From: a virus
Length of the DNA: 64,000 bases
Direction: 5' to 3' (one strand)
Virus record (IMG/VR): IMGVR_UViG_3300045136_000267
Shown here one piece after another: positions 58,966-64,000 of this stretch. A model generated the notes under the pieces. The model was given only the letters and a program-made list of their open reading frames with translations. It ran no database searches and was not told where the DNA came from. Positions within the stretch are counted from its first letter, which is position 1, and each line of letters starts with the position of its first letter. The position numbers and the translations under genes are program-made.

Positions 58966-59055
58966 TAGACAAAACTGTAAATTAGTGACTTACAGAAATC
59001 TAATTGACATAGTTCTCGTACCCGATTCTGTGCAACACAAGGAAGGAATGCCACC

Positions 59056-59604
59056 GTGACTGAAATCATAACCCTTTCGGAACAACCGTCCTATGGTCCT
59101 GAGATTCAGGACAATATTCCCGTCTTCACGCACGGTGTTCTGGTAAGAATGCTCGGAGATGATCTTCTCGTTAAACTATGTAATCACAACAATGTGCCAA
59201 TTCTCATCACACATTTAGACTTCGAGCTATTCGAGGATTTACCGAAAGTCAATGGAATTGACTTCAATCGGGCACTATTTGCCTCACCTGAATTTCAGAA
59301 GGTGCAAAGTATCTTATCCCAATTAATCGTTGCATTAAATGAAAAAGGGACTGAGTTAGCAGCATTCTCTTTTAAGGAAATGTATTTACCGTGCAAGAAA
59401 GATACTAATGCTGTTCAAGCCAAAGTACATGTTTGTGAGGCGCATACTAACGATTCCTATCTAGAAGCAGTACTTGGGGAGGATAGAAAAGTCAGATTTG
59501 TTAATAGAACCCCAGAAGGTTATGCCAAATTTATTTCTGAAGAATTGTCAAAACTGTCGGTAGATTCGATGTTCCTCCAAAACCTGGGATCTGCTCAAGG
59601 ATGA
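59056..59604 (+). CDS. Hypothetical protein
   Basis: GTG start with an AAGGA RBS. Confidence 0.55.
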   Translation: MTEIITLSEQPSYGPEIQDNIPVFTHGVLVRMLGDDLLVKLCNHNNVPILITHLDFELFEDLPKVNGIDFNRALFASPEFQKVQSILSQLIVALNEKGTELAAFSFKEMYLPCKKDTNAVQAKVHVCEAHTNDSYLEAVLGEDRKVRFVNRTPEGYAKFISEELSKLSVDSMFLQNLGSAQG

Positions 59605-60293
59605 ACGATACTAGCTTTAGTTCGTTTTATCTGGATGGAGTGCTTCTATACAGAAATGAAGCTGCTGCTGAGGTAAGGAGATATCTATTAGATAATAACT
59701 ACATAACTAGTAACGGCTTCTTTATAGTAAATGGTAAACCATATACAGAAAATGAAGATGTTCATCATTTTGTATCCCCAATATCAGACGGTGACCAACA
59801 TATCACTTGGTTTCTAGGCTCCATCCCAATGTCTAAAATGACGTATGATATCTTTTTGAAGAAAGGGAAGTTGAGAGCAGATAATCTACCTATTAAAAGA
59901 CTTACTGCGGTTCTACCACATTTGAAATTTCCAGATTCTTTATTCTATTTTCTAGTAGAACGTCCTTTTGAAGGTTGGATAGTAAAAACTACTGATGACA
60001 TCTCACATGTTACCTTTGCAACAAACAATAAAATATTTCTTATTGATGTAAATAAATTTGTACCTAAATATTGCAAACATTTACAGAAAAACTACCGTCC
60101 TGGACGTGAAAGAGAATATCTATTTGATTTTGTACGACTAATGCATTTAGCAGATATGAATAAAGAAAATTCGCATAAGATATATGGACGAACATCTTAT
60201 GCTAGACACATAGTGATAAAAGATCTAGTTAGTAGAATCTTAGCAGATAGTAAAGACTGTATCCATCTAGAGCCTGTAGCTTGTCCTTTCTGA
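59601..60293 (+). CDS. Hypothetical protein
   Basis: ATGA overlap with the upstream gene. Confidence 0.55.
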   Translation: MNDTSFSSFYLDGVLLYRNEAAAEVRRYLLDNNYITSNGFFIVNGKPYTENEDVHHFVSPISDGDQHITWFLGSIPMSKMTYDIFLKKGKLRADNLPIKRLTAVLPHLKFPDSLFYFLVERPFEGWIVKTTDDISHVTFATNNKIFLIDVNKFVPKYCKHLQKNYRPGREREYLFDFVRLMHLADMNKENSHKIYGRTSYARHIVIKDLVSRILADSKDCIHLEPVACPF

Positions 60294-60308
60294 GTTTGGA
60301 GTATTTCA

Positions 60309-61337
60309 ATGCCTGCAGAAATTACAATTACGCATAGAGTTGCAGAGGCTGCTTTCTCTAATACGCCGGCTTGGCATGGTCTAGGAACTGTCTTTGACCA
60401 TGATATGACCTCTCAAGAGGCTATTACAGCGGCTAGGCTGGATTGGACTGTCAAGAAGAAGCCTATCTTCACCTTAGGCGACGACGGGCAGTATAAGCCC
60501 GTGAAAGGCTTTCTAGCCCTTACTAGAGAAGATACCGGGGATGCCCTCAGTATCGTGTCTAAGAAATATAAAGAATTCCAAAACACAGAAGCATTCGAGT
60601 TCCTAGATACATTAAACGAAGAAGGTACTATTAGATACGAAAGCGCTATATCACTCTCAGGCGGTAAACTAGTAGTATTACTAGCTAAGATTCCATCAGT
60701 GCAGGATGAAGTTGTAGAAGGAGATAATCTGAATAGATACCTACTATTCAGCAATAATCACGGTGGAGGCAGTATTAAGATCTTCCCCACCTCTATCAGG
60801 GTAGTATGCGTCAATACTTATCGAATTGCGTTATCAGGAGCAGAACATAAGCTGATTATTTCTCACAGAGGAAATATTACAGAAAAGTTAAATAAGACTA
60901 GGAATGCCATTGAAGTCTGTAATAACGGCTTCAGGGTTTACACTTCTGTAGCCAGGACATTAAGTAGAGTTAAGTTTGATATGAATGATTGGAATGATTT
61001 TCTAGATAAGTTAATGCCTATTCCTTATGGAGACGGTGAAGCTCACAAGAGAACTATAAATAGGATTACTAGTGAGAGACAAGCCTTGACTAAGTTGTTC
61101 ACAGAGGACCCAAAGCAGAAAATCAATGGTATTGGTTTCACTGCTTGGTCAGCCCTGTGTGCTGTGAATGAGTATGTAGATTACAGGGAAAGAAGAGGTA
61201 AGACTGTAGCAAAGAAGAATGCTGCTAGATTTAATGATATGCTCTGGGGAAACGGAGATGACATCAAACGTTTCGCCCTAGCTAATCTACTAGATTTTGC
61301 TGGTGTAGCAGAACCAGAGTATAGTATCGTTCTGTAG
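60309..61337 (+). CDS. DUF932 family phage/plasmid protein
   Basis: PAWHGLG, LDW.V, Y...QN.EAF, YLL..N.HGG, IRVVCVNT and TAW.A..AV.EY.D. Confidence 0.88.
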   Translation: MPAEITITHRVAEAAFSNTPAWHGLGTVFDHDMTSQEAITAARLDWTVKKKPIFTLGDDGQYKPVKGFLALTREDTGDALSIVSKKYKEFQNTEAFEFLDTLNEEGTIRYESAISLSGGKLVVLLAKIPSVQDEVVEGDNLNRYLLFSNNHGGGSIKIFPTSIRVVCVNTYRIALSGAEHKLIISHRGNITEKLNKTRNAIEVCNNGFRVYTSVARTLSRVKFDMNDWNDFLDKLMPIPYGDGEAHKRTINRITSERQALTKLFTEDPKQKINGIGFTAWSALCAVNEYVDYRERRGKTVAKKNAARFNDMLWGNGDDIKRFALANLLDFAGVAEPEYSIVL

Positions 61338-61364
61338 TCGTTTTCCATAGTTAATAACTAAAAT

Positions 61365-61406
61365 GAAAGGGAGGTCTGGATCTACCAGGCCTCCCTTTCT
61401 ATTTAT
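61365..61406 (+). terminator. Rho-independent terminator
   Basis: GAAAGGGAGGTCTGG-atcta-CCAGGCCTCCCTTTC followed by TATTT. Confidence 0.8.
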
Positions 61407-61443
61407 ATAGATATTTTAACTTAAATTACTTCACACTTGTATC

Positions 61444-62181
61444 ATGACCTGCGTTCCCAAACTGACGGAAGGCAATACAAAATTAGGTAAGTTGTATAAC
61501 TGGTCTATTCCAGCTAATCCTGAAATTTGTATTGCTGCTACAAAGTCTTGCAGTGCAGCTTGTTATGCAAAGAAACATTTCTATAAACTAGAAGTAATAC
61601 AAAAAGTTCATAAAAATAATTATATTTCATCTTTATCAGATTCATTTTCTATACAAATGATTTCAATTATTCAGAATATAAAGCCTAAAGTACTTAGAAT
61701 ACATACCTCTGGAGATTTCTATTCCGATAAATACGTGAAGAAATGGATTGATATTATCTGTGCTTGTCCCAATACCAAGTTCTTCACTTATACACGGGTA
61801 TGGGAGAAAGAGTACTTACTATCTTATTTAAAAGTACTAAATAGCCTCAGTAATATGATCCTTTGGTGTTCTATAGATATAGATAACTATAAGAAATGGA
61901 ACAACAACTTAGCAGCTACATTCAGTAATGTCGCGGTAATGCTGAACGATTTAGGAGAAAGCTTTATTTGCAGTGAAGTAAATGCGACAGTAGCTTTCTT
62001 AGTAAAGAAGAATAGAATTAAGAAAATAAACTCGGCAATAGTATGTCCTAAAGAGAATGGAATCAATAAAAATATGACCTGCCATAAGTGTAAAATCTGT
62101 TGGAACAAGGATGTCTTACAGAAGGTTAAAATGAAACTATGTTCAACACCTTCAGAGTCGATATTGACCCCGAATTCATAG
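61444..62181 (+). CDS. GP88-like Cys-cluster protein
   Basis: GNTKLG, C-x6-C-x3-CY, RIHTSGDF, YTR and CP...TC.KC..C. Confidence 0.75.
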   Translation: MTCVPKLTEGNTKLGKLYNWSIPANPEICIAATKSCSAACYAKKHFYKLEVIQKVHKNNYISSLSDSFSIQMISIIQNIKPKVLRIHTSGDFYSDKYVKKWIDIICACPNTKFFTYTRVWEKEYLLSYLKVLNSLSNMILWCSIDIDNYKKWNNNLAATFSNVAVMLNDLGESFICSEVNATVAFLVKKNRIKKINSAIVCPKENGINKNMTCHKCKICWNKDVLQKVKMKLCSTPSESILTPNS

Positions 62182-62936
62182 ATATATTAGAAGCTAAACT
62201 ATGTGAAGAAGATAAAGAAATGGATTATTTCTCTGTGGTAAGGGTAGGAGATAGATTCAATGTAGGAGGAGTTGGTAGTTTTGTTAGTAATAAGCTATAT
62301 GGCGCTGCAAGGAAGATAAAGTACTTTAAATTGATGGTAAAAAGAGTTAACTCTAGAGTAATAACTCAACTAATCGCATATCAACCAGATTTTCTGGCTA
62401 AGATACGAAATCCAACAATAATCGGAATAGATCTAGGAGTTAATAGGACAATAGTAACATCTGCTAATGAAGTATTTGAATTAGATTTTGGTGTAAAGCT
62501 AAATATAGCAAGATTATGCCGATTAAAGCGAAAGCTTAGAAATAAGCAGAAGGATTCAAGGGGTTATTTAAAGTTAATAGATAAGATAAACAAAACGAAG
62601 AAGATAATAAAAGAAGGCATAAGAAATTGGATATCTAGAACCGTAAGGCAGATAAAGACTAAACATAAGAAGGCTAAGTCTACTTTAATTCTAGCAACAG
62701 AAAGTATTACAAATAAACCAAACTTTATTCTTAAATACAGTTATCTCTGTCTTAAACGTGCTTGCTTGAAGAGAAGGATTCTGTTACTAGATACTTCTCC
62801 AGCAGTGCAAAATAATCCAGAAGCGTTACCTATACCCATTAAATATGAAAGAGATATCTATGCTGCAATAAAGATTGCTAAGAAAGCAGCTAATGCTCTG
62901 AAAGATAGTAATCCCAGGAGTAAATTCGAGAAGTAA
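62139..62936 (+). CDS. Shortened TnpB-like RuvC protein
   Basis: RuvC-I IGIDLGVN..IVTS, basic helices, candidate RuvC-II LATE and RuvC-III RDIYAAIKI; no CxxC finger. Confidence 0.65.
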   Translation: MFNTFRVDIDPEFIDILEAKLCEEDKEMDYFSVVRVGDRFNVGGVGSFVSNKLYGAARKIKYFKLMVKRVNSRVITQLIAYQPDFLAKIRNPTIIGIDLGVNRTIVTSANEVFELDFGVKLNIARLCRLKRKLRNKQKDSRGYLKLIDKINKTKKIIKEGIRNWISRTVRQIKTKHKKAKSTLILATESITNKPNFILKYSYLCLKRACLKRRILLLDTSPAVQNNPEALPIPIKYERDIYAAIKIAKKAANALKDSNPRSKFEK

Positions 62937-62939
62937 CTA

Positions 62940-62968
62940 TTGACCGTTACTTCTATCTGATGTAACAT
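62940..62968 (+). promoter_or_regulatory. Putative sigma-70 promoter
   Basis: TTGACC-N17-TAACAT immediately upstream of the structured region. Confidence 0.55.
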
Positions 62969-62974
62969 TCCATA

Positions 62975-63632
62975 TAGAGATGATGAGGAGATAAAGAGGT
63001 CATTCAGCGAGAATAGTCGTACGACTGGTGAATGCTACTAGACCTCATTCTCCCTCAATTATTCTACTTCTTTGGGCCACAGTGAGCTGGCAAAGGCTTC
63101 CTGACGCAGCAGATCAGGAGGTGAGAGTTCGCAGCCTGTCGCGGCGAGTGCCACCTACTACTCAGATTGTAGGGGACGGGTCTACGGGCGGTCTGGCGGT
63201 GTATGTAGCCGAGTTTTCATTCGCGGAGTGTCTCGGATAGCGCTGTCTCAGATAACAGAGAATTGCAGCCAGAGTGACTGCTAGTAGTTATTTTTAATTA
63301 ATCAACCTAGTCTCTGTTATTCATGACGGAATCAAAAACTCTGTACCGTTCGCCTGGAATCGCCTAGAAATCGTGTACATGTAACCGAACGTTTGAGGTA
63401 GTGTACACGAGGCGATGTAGCCGTGGGAAATTCCAGACATGCGCTAAGACGGTAGACTCAAACGCCTAACCCCTTTCTTAGGTTGCCTATAAGATAGATT
63501 AAAAGCATTTCTTGCGATAAAACCAGGAAGTTACCCCAGAAGGGTGACGACCTGCATAAGAATCGCAGCTGTTAAGTATTTTTTCAGGTCTTTTAGAAAA
63601 AGTGAAAAAAATACCTGAAGGTACTTAATAGA
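62975..63632 (+). ncRNA. Candidate large structured non-coding RNA, family unknown
   Basis: Non-coding, GC-enriched, many nested stems and a possible pseudoknot; strand inferred from the promoter and G-U pairs. Confidence 0.55.
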
Positions 63633-63712
63633 CATAGAGATACCATGTAAACAGCTATCTAAAATCCAATATCTATAAGATACTTCTGGATATATTAAGA
63701 TAGAGAAATAGA

Positions 63713-63798
63713 TATAGAGATATAGAAATATAAATTATAGAGATATCTATAGAGATATAGAAATATAAATTATAGAGATATCTATAGAGATATAGAAA
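63713..63798. repeat. 35-bp tandem repeat (about 2.5 copies) within an AT-rich low-complexity tract
   Basis: TATAGAGATATAGAAATATAAATTATAGAGATATC at 63713 and 63748, partial copy at 63783. Confidence 0.85.
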
Positions 63799-64000
63799 AT
63801 ACAGATTATAGATATATTAAGATAAAGATATAGAAGTATAGATATAGAACTATAGAGATGTTCTACAGAGATATAGAAGATAAATGATATCAATAGACTA
63901 TAAAGATATAGAATACAAGTAAGTAATATCTATAGAGATATAGAAGATAAAGAATCTTTATAAAGATAACAAAGATAGAAGATGTAAAGATCTCTGTAGA

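Noticed and set aside
59004-59035. Sigma-70 promoter at a perfect TTGACA
   Set aside because: No acceptable -10 hexamer at 16-18 nt spacing.
63028-63240. 70-aa ORF
   Set aside because: GTG start, atypical codon usage, and it lies inside the densely base-paired region, which is better explained as RNA.
62975-63632. tmRNA, RNase P RNA, or a group I/II intron
   Set aside because: No tRNA-like ends, no GAGGAAAGUCC, no convincing P7 or domain V, and no interrupted gene; only a covariance-model search can fully exclude these.
63713-63798. CRISPR array associated with the TnpB-like gene
   Set aside because: The repeats are head-to-tail with no unique spacers.
1-64000. Stop-codon reassignment
   Set aside because: Genes are full length and tightly packed in code 11, with TAA, TAG and TGA all used as stops.

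Overview
An AT-rich (about one third GC by eye), densely coding segment of a large tailed dsDNA phage, almost all on the + strand and read in standard code 11. Gene order: a phage multi-subunit RNA polymerase (full beta fused to the N-terminal half of beta', then a Pro/Gly/Met-rich spacer gene, then the C-terminal half of beta'); a head module (internal proteins, prohead protease, scaffold, decoration protein, major capsid); neck, tail and baseplate genes, including a tail chaperone with a -1 frameshift signal and an embedded sigma-70 gene; a minus-strand terminase; a replication/recombination module (SbcD, SbcC, SF2 helicase, DnaB-like helicase, primase, PolA, tRNA-Leu(TAA), RecA-like, RuvC-like); DUF932 and GP88-like genes; a shortened TnpB-like gene; about 650 nt of structured non-coding sequence; and AT-rich repeats. 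Two candidate new systems stand out. The first is a cysteine-free, zinc-free bacterial-type RNAP that may be packaged in the virion and injected, alongside head proteins carrying a recurrent K-x-A motif. The second is a mini-TnpB next to a large pseudoknotted RNA. All assignments come from motif recognition by eye; no searches were run.
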